A stretch of DNA of 64,000 bases from Tubiluchus corallicola (lineage: Eukaryota > Animalia > Priapulida): positions 124,001 to 188,000 of the forward strand of contig JAQGDQ010000112.1 in assembly GCA_030141605.1 (NCBI GenBank). The letters are read 5' to 3'. The position numbers and the translations under genes are program-made. Each line of letters starts with the position of its first letter. The stretch's first letter is position 1. A model generated the notes under the pieces. The model made no database searches. It was not told the origin of the DNA and saw nothing but the letters and a program-made list of their open reading frames with translations. This document shows positions 27,601 through 41,566 of the stretch, in pieces.

Positions 27601-30600
27601 GCATCATAGCTAATTTAAAATATGTTAATATAGAAACGACGCAAAAGAAATGCTTACCACACACGCCTACTGAAGTCCAATTACTGCATTAACACTACAC
27701 TAAAGACCTATGATCGCGATAACTATAGCAACTAAAGCAGTGGTTCCCAACCTTTTTTAACCCGTTCTCCCCTTTGAAGGCTGCTAATTCTCGTTCCCCC
27801 CTAGCCCACAAACAAAATAAAAAATGTCTTAAGCAGCCACGTGGCCGGATCTAAACGTCTTGAGCGGGAGGGTGTGTTGCGTTGGCTATGAAGGCTTTCT
27901 GTAATTTTCTCTGCTTTTCTACATATTTTTTTATTTCTATTTTTCCACCCATTCGTTCCCCCCCCCTGGAGGTGGCTCATTCCCTCAAGGAGGAAATCCC
28001 CCCCCCCCCCCGTTGAGAGCCCCTGAACTAAAGCAATAAAATACTGATGTGATGAAAACTGAAATTAACGCAATGAAAAGTCCAAACACTACAGTAATTT
28101 ATAAAAGAGGTAAACACCACAGTTGTATCTGGCACTCTACAGCAGCTACAGAACTCTATCAATCAACTACAGTACCCGTACGTGTAAAACAATGGCTGAA
28201 ACAAACCACGTGATGCTTTCACGTGTAGCTATGCAGAAACCCAAGTCGAATTAACGGTGACATTTCTTTCACGGATAACTTTAAGCCTGGGATAAAAAAA
28301 CAATGCTGCCGCTAACTGTGATTGGACAAGTTTTGATTAAGCCACGCCTTCAAGCACCCTGTCTAAATTGCAGTGAGTGTGTGTGAAACATTGGAAAATA
28401 TCGTGAATGCATACAGCTCCGTGGCTTGTGGTAGTGTGATGGTTTCGCAAAACCTATAACCTACCGACATTATAATGCAATACAAGCATAAAATGTTAAT
28501 AAATATTAGCAATAATAGTTAATTATTTGAAATATTTACAAGTGTTTTTATTTCTCGGAAATTAGAAGGCATGCATGGACTGCACGCCACTGGTAGATAG
28601 TAAAAGGCAACCTGATTGGTTAACGGTTTTGTCAGATTAATTGAAATGTGGTTGGAGCAAAAATAATTATGGGTATCTATATGAATGTATGTTACTAATA
28701 TGAAATGAAATAAAAAACTCCCCCAAAAATTGCCATTAATAATTCAAAGTGATTTATTTGTCTTTTCCTTGACCTGAAGACAAAGTACAGTAGTACTTTG
28801 AAACATCGTGTCTAAGCCTTTTTTCTCTTACCTTGTTTTTTAGTTGTAGGTATAACGTTCTTAATGCTCGTCATATAAGATCACAACTTAATATCTTGAA
28901 CAAAACAGTAACTTTATTAAACACTAATAGACTAAACTATAACACCAGCTTTCACATCACAGCCATGTTGTCCTGCTTCAGCAACACTAAACTACTCGCT
29001 GATGGAATCAGAGAACAATGCAATGCAACAGTCTGCCATCTATTAGTGACAAAACATACATTACAGAGATATTTTCTAATTCAAATTGCTATGTATTTTT
29101 AGCAGCATCAATTTGCAAAAATCTTCAATAAATTACCCTTTGAAATATAGGAATACCTGTTTTCTAAAGTTTCTATCAAAGGCGCATGGGTATTTCTCAA
29201 AGCTGTCCGATTTCATTGTCTTACTGCAACTATGGTATGCGACTATTCCCTTTTCAACATCTTCGTGAATTTTTTGTGGTATCAAAGAACCCTCAGAATG
29301 CAAATAGGTAGCTAAGTCGCTACCATACCAGGAAATGAGCCTGTGAGAAGTAAACAATGGAATTATAAATAAATATAGGATGTCTCAAACGTCACTATAC
29401 ACTTTGATTTCGAAATTTCTTTTTTAAAATTTTCTCCAATCTCAGCAAGAATCAAAAAGGGCCTTTGACAATTCTTTTTATTTATCTTTTGTGTGAAACC
29501 ACGACGACAGTAATGCTAGAAATGAAGTGCAAAATCAACCTGTAATGAGGCCCTTCGATTACTAACTGATGTTCTCCCGCTATTAGCAATGTAATTATCC
29601 AGCAAAGTACAGCCCTTCCTTATCACTCACGAACTGTAAGAGACTCTCAATTCAAGATGCCCGATTTGCCATTGCACTGGTCTTTGAAGCTCTTGAGAAC
29701 CCAGAAGGAGATACCGAAATTAGCAAAACCTGTCACATTTTTTTCCCAGTTTCTTTTCAGATTTTCGCATAATTTGACTGGAAGAATGAAGTCTTTAATT
29801 CATTAACATTGCTTTGCTTGTTAAAAACTACAGAAAATGTAAAGTGTATAGTAACTTCTGAGACACCTTGTACACAAAAATCTAAACGGGTTAAACAAAA
29901 AGAGCCCCATGTCACAGTAATTTGATAGAATCCGTGTTATCCATTCCAGACTGAATACTGATGTACAGCAACTGAGTTGTTGAATTCGATCCTCAATGTT
30001 ATGGGTGCACTTGGTCAAACCACAAAGACTATCTTTTCCTGAACCATAGTCGCCGGATGTACCTTAATGTAGTTTACTGGTCGGGATTTGAAGTCTAGCT
30101 CGGATAGCTCCATCTAACTTGAAAGAAACTAATTTTAGCTAATTAAATTTTTTTCAACTAAATCGGGCTTTCAAGAAAGGAAACTACAGCTTTGTCTTCT
30201 CACCACTTTTTTAATTGTAAAACATTTCTACATCTTCTTCTCTAACATCAACTTCTCTATGAATCGTAATTTGGTTGTATAAAACTAAATCTTTTTGAAG
30301 CCTCTCGTCTAAACATTTTGAATTTAGAAACAAAGACGCTTAGGACATGGCATGTACATTAAATTACATCTAAAAAAGAGGCAACGAGAAAAGTATCGCT
30401 GTATACTTTCAATACGACCAATGAACGATTTTAACAATTTGTCTTTGCCACCAGTACAAGACATTTTAAACAACATAGTATTTGCGATTCTATTGGCTTT
30501 AGTAGCTACGTCAATGCATTGGTTTGTCCATTTCAGGTCACGAGAAATTATAATTCCAAGATCACGTACACTTCAACGAGTAGATGAGAGTCAGAAAAGT

Positions 30601-33600
30601 AATATTCATGCCCCGGATTAGCATTTCCAGTATGTATAACGTTACATTTCGAAATGGGTGTAACTAGTTGTCACTCATTAGTCCATAAGTTAATTGCATC
30701 CTTCACCTTTAAAGTAACGAATCTCGTACCTATCAACTGGATTTCGAAGAATTACAATAAGTTTTGCTGTAGGGGTTAACCAGTAAATGTCATCAGCTAA
30801 ATAGTGATACGCGCTACTGGCACTTCCATCACCGCAGAGATATTCGGGTGTTAAGTCTCCTACAGTTAAAATCAGCAAAAGAAATTTTATCATGATGGTT
30901 ATTAATTGTAAAATATTTTGCACACTCGGGGCGTCATCAAAGACAATGACACATTATTTAGTTAGTGCTTCCATGCAAGCCACACGTCATAGTAAGAGCT
31001 AGCCCAGAATGCAAAGCATTGTGTTGCTCGCGCACACGCACACGCACACACATACGTACGCACTTACAAACACACGCACATATATCTTTTGTACTCTATG
31101 TTTCGCATGATGAGCTTCTGTCAGTTCCTTTAAGACTTTCAAAATTAAAACATCAATTCAATTTTGTTTATTGGTCAGATACATTGTAAGCATAGAAAAA
31201 ATACTCTTCAAATGTTTACAAATAAGTTTGAAAGAAATAATAAAGAGCCTATAAATTTGCTTACATGGAACGAAATGTATATGTAAAAATGGATATTGAG
31301 TATCTACTATTATATTAATTTCGGGTATGGGCTTCAATATTACAAAGGCTAAAACTAGCCAGGTTGGTTGCTTCGGTACCAGCAGATGCGGAGGCCAAGT
31401 TAACTCTTAACTTTTCTGATATCCACGAAACAACAGAATGTGTAAAAGAAACGATTGAAATAGAGTTTACACTGTCATGGATTAATCTAACTGGACCAGT
31501 AAAAGAGCAGAGAAGACCGATTTTATACAGTCCACACACATAACTTGGTTTCAATCGATTATACGATTCACATTATGATATAATTTAAATAGAATATTTC
31601 AATTACAATTGAGTAGGAACAGCGAACAACCAAATTGGTCATCAACTCAGCTGCTCCTTTTTTAACAACAGAACTTTTTGATAGGCGCAAATGATAAAGC
31701 AAATAAAAAAGATCAAAGTGTAAATATCTTATATCTAACAATCCAAAGACAAAACAAACAGCTTCAACAAAAACTTACATTTAGCGTGAAAAGGGTGTTC
31801 AGTACAATAAGATTCGTCGCTACAGCCTCAACGACGGCACCATTCTCAGCTGTCTACATATCAAACGAAAGGTCTCGATCTAGTGTCGCCTATTTGATGG
31901 TTTATTTTTCGAATTGGGCCCACCGAGGGTGTGGGGGGGGGCGAAAAACCTCCAAAAATGACCATTTTTCGCAAAACTTATACATCTTATTTCAAGAGAA
32001 CGGGAATGGACGGGGGGGGAGGTGCTGGTAATGGTTGAATAGCTCGTTCAATGGTGGGTGTAATAGGTGTACTTAGAATTCGCATGAGGACAAAGGGCGT
32101 TTTCCCGGACACATACATCCAAATTTTGCAAAAAAACTGCACGAGCAGCCTCCAGAAAAACTCCACTTGTGCAACCGTTTTGGCATGTTGGGAAAAAATA
32201 GATGTACTCCCGGAAAATGGACGAAACGGTCTATAACGCAGCAAGGTTTCACTGGGAGAAATGTCCAATGGACGAAGTGGGAAGGGTGTATTTCATAGTT
32301 CTTTTTAACCACTATTGCTGCATGCTATTTGGAATACCCATTGTTTTTCAGTTTGTGAAATTGTGCGGCTGTTCCAGACATTGTTATCACCCGCCGTGCT
32401 ACTGTGTTATAGGTTATACCAGTGGTTCCCAAACTTTCTCGGACCGTTACCCAAATCGGGAGACCCGGTCGTGTCCATTACCCCCACCTAGTACTACTTC
32501 TCCAACTCAAAAAGTAAACACACGTATATGCCACAAGAAAGCAAAATTATTTATGTTTGCTCGTTACATAAATAAATTTCCAGGTGTTGTTGTTGTATTG
32601 TATTGTTGCCAAAACAAGAATTACAATTATGCCACAGTGTTGCCTGCCGGAGGCAGTCTCTTCAAGAAGAAAACTACGTAAAATGCATTCCGAGCGAAGT
32701 TTTAAAAATTTTCAGAGGGGTGCCCGTTAGCCCCCCCCCCCCCCCCGGGGGGTAATTTACCCCTACTTTGGGAACCACTGAGTTATACAATATACACGTA
32801 TGTTTCAATTAACGTGCATTATTGACCATTGCTCGATGGGTCTAATAGCATTTGTTATATAGCACATGGTTTCAATTTTTCGTGATTTCGCTACGCTGCT
32901 GTGTTGTTGGTGTCGGTGTTGTAGGTATTATGGAGGTAAAAAAATATCATCGTCGTCGTCATCACCATCATCATCACCACCTGTGGGTTTGCACCTGTGG
33001 TATGGTGTAGTGGGTGTGTTGTGGATGGTGTAATTGGTGTGGTTTGGTAGGTGTGACATGGTGTGGTGTGATTGGCATGATGTGGGTGATGTGATATAAT
33101 GTTGTTAGTGTGGTGTGGGTGATATGGTGGGGTTGGGATCGTATGGTTTGGGTGATGTGATGTGGTGTAGAGCGGTGTGGTGTAGGTGGGTGATTTGGTG
33201 TTGTGTTGTGTATGGTGTTTTATGGTGTAGGTGGTGTGTTGTGAGTGGTGCGGCGGGTGTGTGTGGCGTAGCGTGGATTGTTGTGAGTTTATGCACAAAG
33301 TTTTTTGAGGGGTTTGGCTAGTCTATATTTAACAATTTCGGTGCTATATGTTTATATAGTTGTATGTATAACCGACGAGGCTACAGCTCCAACGACGACG
33401 CCATTTTTGACAATCCGTACATGAAACGAACTGTCGCGCATTGTATAATACATCACAGGCAGTTACTGAGTATAACTTTTATATAAGTGCCATATAACAG
33501 TGCCACTCTATAAGCATATATATATATATATATATACATGCGCGGTCTATTTGCAGGGCTATGGCAGTTAACAGTATTTACATGCCATTATTAATAGCTT

Positions 33601-36600
33601 ACAATAGCTATGCTAGCATTGTATCATCATTGCTTTCTTAACTGACGTTGATAACTATTTTTTTAAATTAATTAATCCCGTTAGGTTAGTGACAACATAA
33701 AACTTTCTAACAAAATGTTAGTTTATAAGTATATACTGGCATACAAGTATAAATATATAAGTTTTTTAGTATTATATAACAAAATATCTGCCACTCTAGT
33801 GAACAGGTGAACGGTATTACATACAACAAGCAGTTGCGCAGCCTACTTTAATATAGGCGCTATGCAAATACATGCAATTAATAATGACCATGTTCAAACT
33901 AGAATAATAGTGTTTCTAATATACTAGGACTAATTATTTGATATGATCATTACGTGAACAACCATAAATGCACAATAGAGATGGGCGCAACAGAACTATC
34001 AGCCTAGGGCGTCACAAAATCTTGATACTCCCTGGCAGTACCATGTTTTCTATTCACTTAGTGATTTACAAACAACGCCTACCTGTGATTTTGCTGTGAA
34101 ATGAACCGCTTATATCTTTGTGTCTTTTGATTTCACTAGAAGCATGTTGAAAAACATCTAAATATTGATCTAAGCTTGTATTCCCATGACCTGGATCTGT
34201 CAAAATGAAAAAAAGTGAAATGTGTGAAATATTAGTATTAGTCTATTTTCAGAGGACCAGTTGTGCTGTACAGATTGGGAAGTAATTCAGTAAAATGTTA
34301 CACGATTCTTGAGATATGAGCGAGATACCTTGGTTACGACGAAGGACAATAAAGCGAATGCATGACCATTTGAACAGACAGACGGACCGACAAACAAACA
34401 AGGATATCTTCGTCTCTTATAATGATTCCATACATACCTCCATGAGAAAGGTTGTATTCTTGTGCTTCTGGCTACTGATGACGAGGGTTATTGTTGAAAA
34501 TTAACTAAAGATCAGTTTAACCGAAAGTTTGCAATATAAAAAATGCATAAACTCCAGTTTTTACAGGTCCATACTACCTCTGAAAAGAAAACTTATTTAC
34601 CTGCAAAGTAATTAAAATGGTCTCTTAGAGCAAGCTGAGGCTGAAATCCCGATTTCTTTTTCTTCATAAGCTCGTGTTCTAGAAAGAAAACTTCAAAGAT
34701 TAAGAAAGATTTGCACTTACTTGCCCGAATGTAGGACAACATCATGCTGATCACATAAAAACATTTTTGTCTATAAAACCAACGAGTAAAATAAAAACGT
34801 TTTTCTACCCAAACTCTCTATTACAGTTCACAAAATAGAAATAATTATATAGTAATACGTTTTAAAAACCTGAAATGGTCCCACCATTGAACTCTTTTTC
34901 CTAGACCATTTGGAATGAAATCAGGATGTGACTCTAGTAATTTGAAAATTGTAGTTGTTCCTGATTTTTGGGCGCCGATTAGGTAAATGTACGGTAGACA
35001 TCTCAAGATGTTTTCTGGAAAGAAAATAAGTTGTACCATGTACAGCAACGTAGTACCAGTCTTGGTTATGTTGGCTGGATTTACAATTAAAATGCAAGAT
35101 GCTTTAACAGTTTTAAACAATGTGCAAAGAATGATCAAGCAGATGCTGATGTGCTTGTTAATGCCGTGATCAACCAGTTTAAACGGAGTACAGTACACGT
35201 ACACAGCCAGTTTACACCTAGCATATATATAAATTGTGGTGTACCACAAGAATCCACTCTAGGACCACTGTTTTTAATGTACACCATAATGACCTGCAAT
35301 TTTTTACTTTTTAATTAAACATGTTTTTGCTGGTGACTGGCCTTTTCCTTATGACTTGTAATTTGTTCGCTTTATAACATCGTACTAACAAAGAATGAGA
35401 AAAGAGGGATAACTGGATGAAAGATAACGAATAGCCAGCAAATTACAACAAAGAGAAATGTGAATGCTATAATAAACAGCAAACTTTTACACGATGTCTC
35501 TACTTTTCATCTTACAAATTTAATTGGCATTGCATTCACATGTGCAGCATAATCGTAACTGGAAACTGACGTCCATATTGTCAAGTGGTGGGTGTGATAT
35601 ACAACGACTCGGCCAGTTGTTGACCTACGACCTCACTGGGGACTAGCGAATATTCTTGCCACAGTTAAGGCACGCATACGGTAGTGTGCAGTACTTACAG
35701 GCCGAATACCGCAGTGCACAACAGAAACTAGAGGCTGCATTAAACGTTTTAAAAACGTGTTAACCTATATATTGCGGCTTGGCCCATTAATGCTGTTAAA
35801 CTTTTGGCTTTAAACTAATTATATTTATACTGTACGGATTATATGTAGTATCTTTCCCTTTTATAAGAGTTAAAATTTGTTCGCTGAGATGTTGTTTGCC
35901 TGCCAGTGCTTTATAAATTATGGCCCCTTAATTAAGCATGGCAGGCACATTATAGTTTGTGAATAATTTGGTAAACCAAATGCATTTTTATATAGTTTTT
36001 ATAGTACCAGTGACAATACCAGTAGTTGAAGACCATTTTACTTACAAACAGCTACATTTACTTATTAATTTTAAATCAAGGAATATTGCTGATGTAATTT
36101 AAGTTTTCATTTTGTCTGCAAGAACACTAATAGAACGAAATCGGCTTAGCTACTTTATTGCGCTAAAATTTATTATTAAATAAAATTTCATAACAACAAA
36201 ATATTTTGTCATTCTATAGGAGTCTGGCAAGCTAAATAATCGAAGTTCTTGGATCACTGAGTTATACAATGTAGCTGGAGCTTGTTGAAATGACAAAGTT
36301 AACACAAGAAAATAAATAGCTCCTCTAAAATTTTGTTTAATGATAGTTTTACCTCTAATGAAATTCGTTGCGATAGTTGTCCGACCCATAAAGTGCATTT
36401 GTCTTCCATTTATTTGGCGCATGTGCGCTAGTGCAAATGAGCTAGTGTACCAAAAGGCGCCCAACATGCAATGGGACGTGTTCACCTGGTTTTGATTTCA
36501 GTCCATTTATTTTTCACTTTAATGTATTTAGAACTTTTCTCATAAGTAAATAAACACATTTGTCAATTGCCAAATTTTATCTTCTATTTTGTGAAGATGG

Positions 36601-39600
36601 TCTAAAGCAAGTGAGAAAATCACAGAAATCATCAGGATGCTCCAAAATAATGGCTTCTATATGACAAACTATGAAGCGTTGAGAACCGGCAACACTACTT
36701 AAGCCCTAAAATGTGGTAAACGAAATGTGAATCGTTGCTTAAACTAAGAATAATACCTCAAGTATAATACTTTTCTTAGAGAGCATTTTAGAAAAGCTTT
36801 TTCCACAATTTTGCATAAATGCAAAAGAGCGGAAAAAATAACAACGACATTCTGGGGATTTGCGGGGTTCTGTAGTCGCTACTGACGATACTAGATATGT
36901 CTGGTCAAAGGACACTGGACCACTGGTCAAAGACTCCGCGTCTGCGCTGTGCAATGCGCGCGTCTGTAAGGAAACATGGAAGATTATTACTTGCTTGTTT
37001 GTTTCACCTACCTTCGCTTGAAACGTAAAAACATGGATTTTTGTAGTCAGCCAGGTAAGGAATTCCAGCCTACACAAAGAAATATGCCAATTTAAGTCAG
37101 TTGAAAAAGCTAAATTGAAATCATTTGTCGCCATGAAATACCAAAGGAAGACGATACTGATGTCACAAGTCACGAGTTGCTGTTAAAGGAAAACTGGATG
37201 ATTGTGTAAACACGAGTTCAGAATAAAGAATGCTCTAAAATATTGAAAACTACAATAGCTTATTTTAAATCAAAGCTTAGATTAAATGATAATTACCTCG
37301 GATACTCAAATTTCGTTAAGCTTTCAAAGCTACGCGCGGCTCAGTGAATCTACTAAGATTGGCAGCGGCGTCTTTTTGTCACGTGCGCGGCGCCGACAAA
37401 TAGAAGGCGGTACTGTGATAACCATGATCATGAACTGTTGTGTTAGTTTCATGACGTAGGCCCCATTTTTCGTGACATCATGTGTTTAAGCAGTACTGTA
37501 ACACCTATGCACACAAAAATGTAGATTTTGGACAGTAAATTAAAATGAGAATGAGTCTAAACAATCGTCCGGTCTTCCTTTAATGAAAAAGTACACTCTT
37601 TAGTTTATTAGCAGTTAATTTGGTGACGAGATTAAACAACCTACGGGCTACTAGAGTTTTTGTTTAATAATAATAATAAAAATTGTAAAGCACATTGTTC
37701 CTTAAGTTCTCAAAAAGTTTTTTACATTTAATTACGAATTCAAGCGCATATTTAAATCGACTCTTTTAAAATGTGTGATACTGCTTTAGCTGCATGATGT
37801 GTTTATACATTTTAAATGTTCTTATTTTTTATGTAGTATATTCAAAATTATTTTGGTCACGTTTTAGTAAATATCGTAATAATTTCAAAACACTATGCTA
37901 AAATAAAACAGTAATCTAATCTATCTTAATAAAACCACCAAAATCCTCCAAAATATTGCTGTGAGGCACGAAAAAGCTTTAAAAAACTATTTTTGATGTA
38001 CAGAAAGATTATCACAACCTAAACTATTTACCCCCCCCCCCCCACAGATTAAGCGTTACAACACCAGAAACACCACCAAGTTTAAATTACCTCTAATCAA
38101 AACTGAACGATATACAAAAAGTTTTATTCCCTACTGTGTATTTAATTGTCAGTAACTCTTCCTTGGCTAGTCACTGTACATTTGCGCAAATTTTGCTCAG
38201 ATTCTGTTTAGTAATATTTAATTTGTACATCTCTTATTTGCACATGTTTTAACATTTCAGGTCATCAGATGCTGTTTGTTAATTGTATTTAGAGTAGTTT
38301 TATCAATCTTGTTTTAATTCGTGTATTAATCCGTCTTTATCGAATAAACTATTATTATTATTATTAAAAGAAAAGCCAAGTCTTCTGCAAAGTTGGGCTT
38401 ATATTATTTAATGTTGGCAAAAAATGTTAGAAGGATTTAGTAGTACAGTGAAAATCCGCTCGTATAAGAATCACCCTTCTTTCGATAGTAGAACCAATTT
38501 TGGCGCCAACTCCATTGTCAGAGATTTCAAATTTGTTTGTTTGCGTGTCATTCAGTTGAAAAATGGCATCCAAACGGAAAAGCAGAAGTGTGAGTGAACA
38601 GGTGAAAATCATCGCCGCTTATGACGCGCTTCCGAGAGTTGGCCAGCGAGAAGGTGGCACGAGGCTTCGAGGACAACCTTCAATTGAAACGGTTGGGAGC
38701 CGAAATTGACCGCCTCACCAGAGGAGAAATGAAGCAAAGCAAGCCATCGATATTTTTCAAGCAGTAGATGTAGAGTTTTCTGTCTTCTCCAGCACAATTT
38801 CGGAAAAAAAATTATGTGCAATAAAAAAATTTTAAGGCAATTCTGGTATCATGAAATTTTTACCCAACCATGAAATAAAAACATTAGTCTAGGAATTTTT
38901 AGGTCCTTTTTAGGCCAGAAAAACATTATGCTATTTCATGTCGTTTCTAGCGTAATTTCGGGAAATAAATAATTTTTATGTGCATAAAATTTTTTTTAAC
39001 CAATTCTGGGTCATGCTCGTTATAAGAATCGCTCGTTATAAGAATCACTTTGCCTTCTCCCGAGGTGATTTTTATAACGAGAGTCCACTGTGAAAGTGTA
39101 ATAAGCGAATTGTGTAATTAGTAAAATCAATTTAAAGTCGCGATCATTTCACTCTTGGACGCTTTTGTTTTGTATGTTCGTTTTTCCCTCAAGCACCGTA
39201 CTATCACTTTCCGTGAAAAGTGTAATGAGTGTAATTTTTACCAAAAAATGGATAGACAATTTTGTGGTACTTTTGCCTGAACAATAGGCAAGCTGCAAAA
39301 GTTTGAAATAGTTCAAGTATTACCACGGAAAGCCACGATGCTCTTACGAAAAGTCACGAAGTCCATCAGTTACGTGATAATTTTCAAGTGAATCGCGGCT
39401 ACGACCGCGCGTCAAAATTTCTATACAGCGATAATAAAAATGAGTTTTGCAGTTTGTTATATTTTTCTAAGTTTAAGTGAGAACAGTAAAATAAACCCAA
39501 CGGCTAAGTAATTTGTCCTTTCCTTTAAGTTAAGTGACTACTATGTTGCCTGGGACTAAAAATAAAAAAAATCACGATTGTGACAAACAAGTTTATGCTG

Positions 39601-40046
39601 CAAATATTCGACACAGATATCGATTATTTTGCTGTGTATAAAGAATAAAAAATTCCTACATTTAACATCCTAATGACAAACAAATCTGATATGCTTACTT
39701 GAGAACACCTTGCTGTTCTGTTCGTAGTCTCTGGAATTAACTGTTTCGAGATAGAATGAAGTTTTGATTGCGTCACGGTGATCTTTGATCCGGGAAATGT
39801 CGAACCATTGCAAGCATTTCGATCTAACACGTGAATATAGTCGTTTCTGACATTGGTGAACACTTTTCTGCTATGTTGATTTGGCCTACTACTGAAGACG
39901 TAAAGCAAAGTTGCCCAAGCACACACATTGATTGTAAAAACAGATATTGCGTAAAAATATCTAAACATCCCGAAAGCATAACGACTTTTCAATCTAAAAA
40001 GGACAAACCTACTTTGGTTTCGGTGTACGTTTGTAAAGTAACACAT
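24688..40046 (-). CDS. Type II membrane Golgi sulfotransferase, CHST15 (GalNAc4S-6ST)-like, about 430 aa, 8 exons
   Basis: Exons (minus): 39699-40046, 37012-37069, 34859-35014, 34083-34196, 30730-30859, 29157-29340, 26199-26352, 24688-24836, all GT-AG and phase-consistent. Motifs: N-terminal TM, YKNPCFY, LRCLPYIYLIGAQKSGTT (5'-PSB), GDLTPEY, ILRNPVDRLISWY (3'-PB), GIY..YL..YLRVFPREQ, FYAPFNKDLADLL. AATAAA lies downstream near 24564-24569. Confidence 0.88.
25381..25561. repeat. Near-perfect 92-bp tandem duplication
   Basis: CTTTTCCCTTAAATAAATTAAC...CTAAGTGTT starts at 25381 and again at 25473. One visible substitution (gctatac vs gctgtac). Confidence 0.95.
26483..26570 (+). repeat. Degenerate interstitial (TTAGGG)n-like tract
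   Basis: gagtagggttaggactagggtttggattagggtcaggattagtgttagggttagag... Confidence 0.75.
27738..28025. mobile_element. hAT-family MITE with perfect 8-bp target-site duplication
   Basis: TIRs CAGTGGTTCCCAAC / GTTGAGAGCCCCTG. TSD AACTAAAG on both sides. Confidence 0.9.
32420..32780. mobile_element. hAT-family MITE with 8-bp TSD
   Basis: TIRs CAGTGGTTCCCAAA / TTTGGGAACCACTG. TSD GGTTATAC / AGTTATAC (7 of 8 match). Confidence 0.9.
32980..33290. repeat. Degenerate GT-rich (GTGTG/TGG)n low-complexity tract
   Basis: Direct inspection. Explains the H/T/P-rich ORFs. Confidence 0.8.
38040..38366 (+). mobile_element. 3' end of a LINE (ORF2 C-terminus, 3' UTR and (TAT)n tail)
   Basis: Translation ...KLPLIKTERYTKSFIPYCVFNCQ* resembles the RT-R..KSF.P terminus of CR1/L2-type ORF2. 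Ends with AATAAA followed by (TAT)n. Confidence 0.7.
38446..39090. mobile_element. Tc1/mariner-pogo (Tigger-like) non-autonomous element
   Basis: TA-CAGTGAAAATCCGCTCGTATAAGAATCAC at the left end and GTGATTTTTATAACGAGAGTCCACTG at the right end. Internal repeated GCTCGTTATAAGAATC subterminal motifs. Confidence 0.72.
39322..39528 (-). mobile_element. T2/Kolobok-type MITE, partial copy 3, in sulfotransferase intron 1
   Basis: The reverse complement begins TTAAAGGAAAGGACAA and contains GGACTTCGTGACTTTTCGTAAG...GTGGCTTTCCGT, as in copies 1 and 2. Confidence 0.72.
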
Positions 40047-41566
40047 TGCAGATTATTTTACAATAAAATAAAGTGGTAGGGGTTTTAACTGTTCAGTAAC
40101 AACGCTTTTATTAGTTTATTGTTCGCCTGTACGTGGCACTGATTTGTGTCTAAATAATCTAACAACACTCTTCACCAACAGCTTGTCTTTACCACAACGT
40201 TTATTTCTTAGATTGTTCTTTGTGACATTGTTACACTTGCATATCGAGACTAACTCACGGCTGTTATAGTTGTAACTGGATAACCTTAATTTAGTAACCT
40301 GAATATTTTGGCGTTTGACCGTTACCTTTAAATGAGAGTTAGGTCATTCGTGCTTAATTACTTATTTACCAGGTTAAACGCCTCAGTCTTTTAAACATTT
40401 ATCAAAGTGTCTGTTTAAGTCACTGAACTTAAAAATGCCACCTTAATGTAGTCTGTTGCTGTTCTGATTCTTCTAAGATGCTGCTAAAACATTTACACTA
40501 CTTTACCTCAAACATGAAAATAATTATGCAACTTAAACAAAGAAAATGTTGGCAGATTTTCGCCATCGTAGTCAAAATTTCATGAATTATATTTGAATAT
40601 ATTCCTGTACTTGACGATTTTTGATTTCACAAGCTTTAGTTCATAAGCAGTATTCAAAGGATTTACAAATAATTCTTAATAATTACGCTATTACAGTCAG
40701 TAAATGAAAAAATAAGCCAATGATTAGCTGCTCGCTTACTTACCCGTAACCGGATTTGACTATACAAGGTCTAAAAGCTTAAAAAGAAGTAATTAATAAT
40801 TAACGATGAGGACGATTTTCTTGAACATAAATACTTATTTACAGAGGTGCCTCTACCTATATTTGCAGACGTGTATTTTATTTGAGTTAATAACAGTTAC
40901 CTCAATTAATTAACAATATAACATTTTAGCAACATTCTATCCGGCTTTATAAGTTGTTTAACACAAAAAAGAACATTATCTAGTATTCATTTCCCTTTCT
41001 AAAGTCTGTTTATTTTTAAACGTTTTCATATACTACGATATGTGTATTTGCACGATACATGCTAAAAATTATTTATTTATTTGTGTTTAGGCATGTTGAC
41101 TTATTTGCGTTTCAGATGAACTTCTACAATTTTACAAATTTTTATATGCACATATAGTTCAGCTTTCATATTTCATACAGCTATTATATTTATAATTGTT
41201 AGCAAAATTATAATGCTTGCATAATTTTAAATACATTTAAATACAAGTATGTAAAATAAATCTTTCTCGTATTACATCAATAAAAGCTTTAATTATGTTT
41301 CTGTCATTTTTTTACTATTATTGTTTATCAAACTTCGTCATTCTAGTTGTTCCGTTCACTGTAACTGCAGCTCTGCATTTACAAAAGGACATCTATACAA
41401 AAGGACATGTACAGTGTTAGTTTGAAATGTCATGCTTTCTCTTGTTCTTACTCGTCAGTATTTCATTATTCTGATTTGAAAGTTTTGGAAAAACTTCACG
41501 CACGTGTGCAATTTGAACAACTAGCCTTAATACAAAAAATCAATTTCGATAATTTGAAGGACCAGA

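Noticed and set aside
31870-32681. Cluster of 60-159 aa ORFs suggesting a nested gene
   Set aside because: No recognisable motifs. The region overlaps a hAT MITE and probable transposon-derived sequence.
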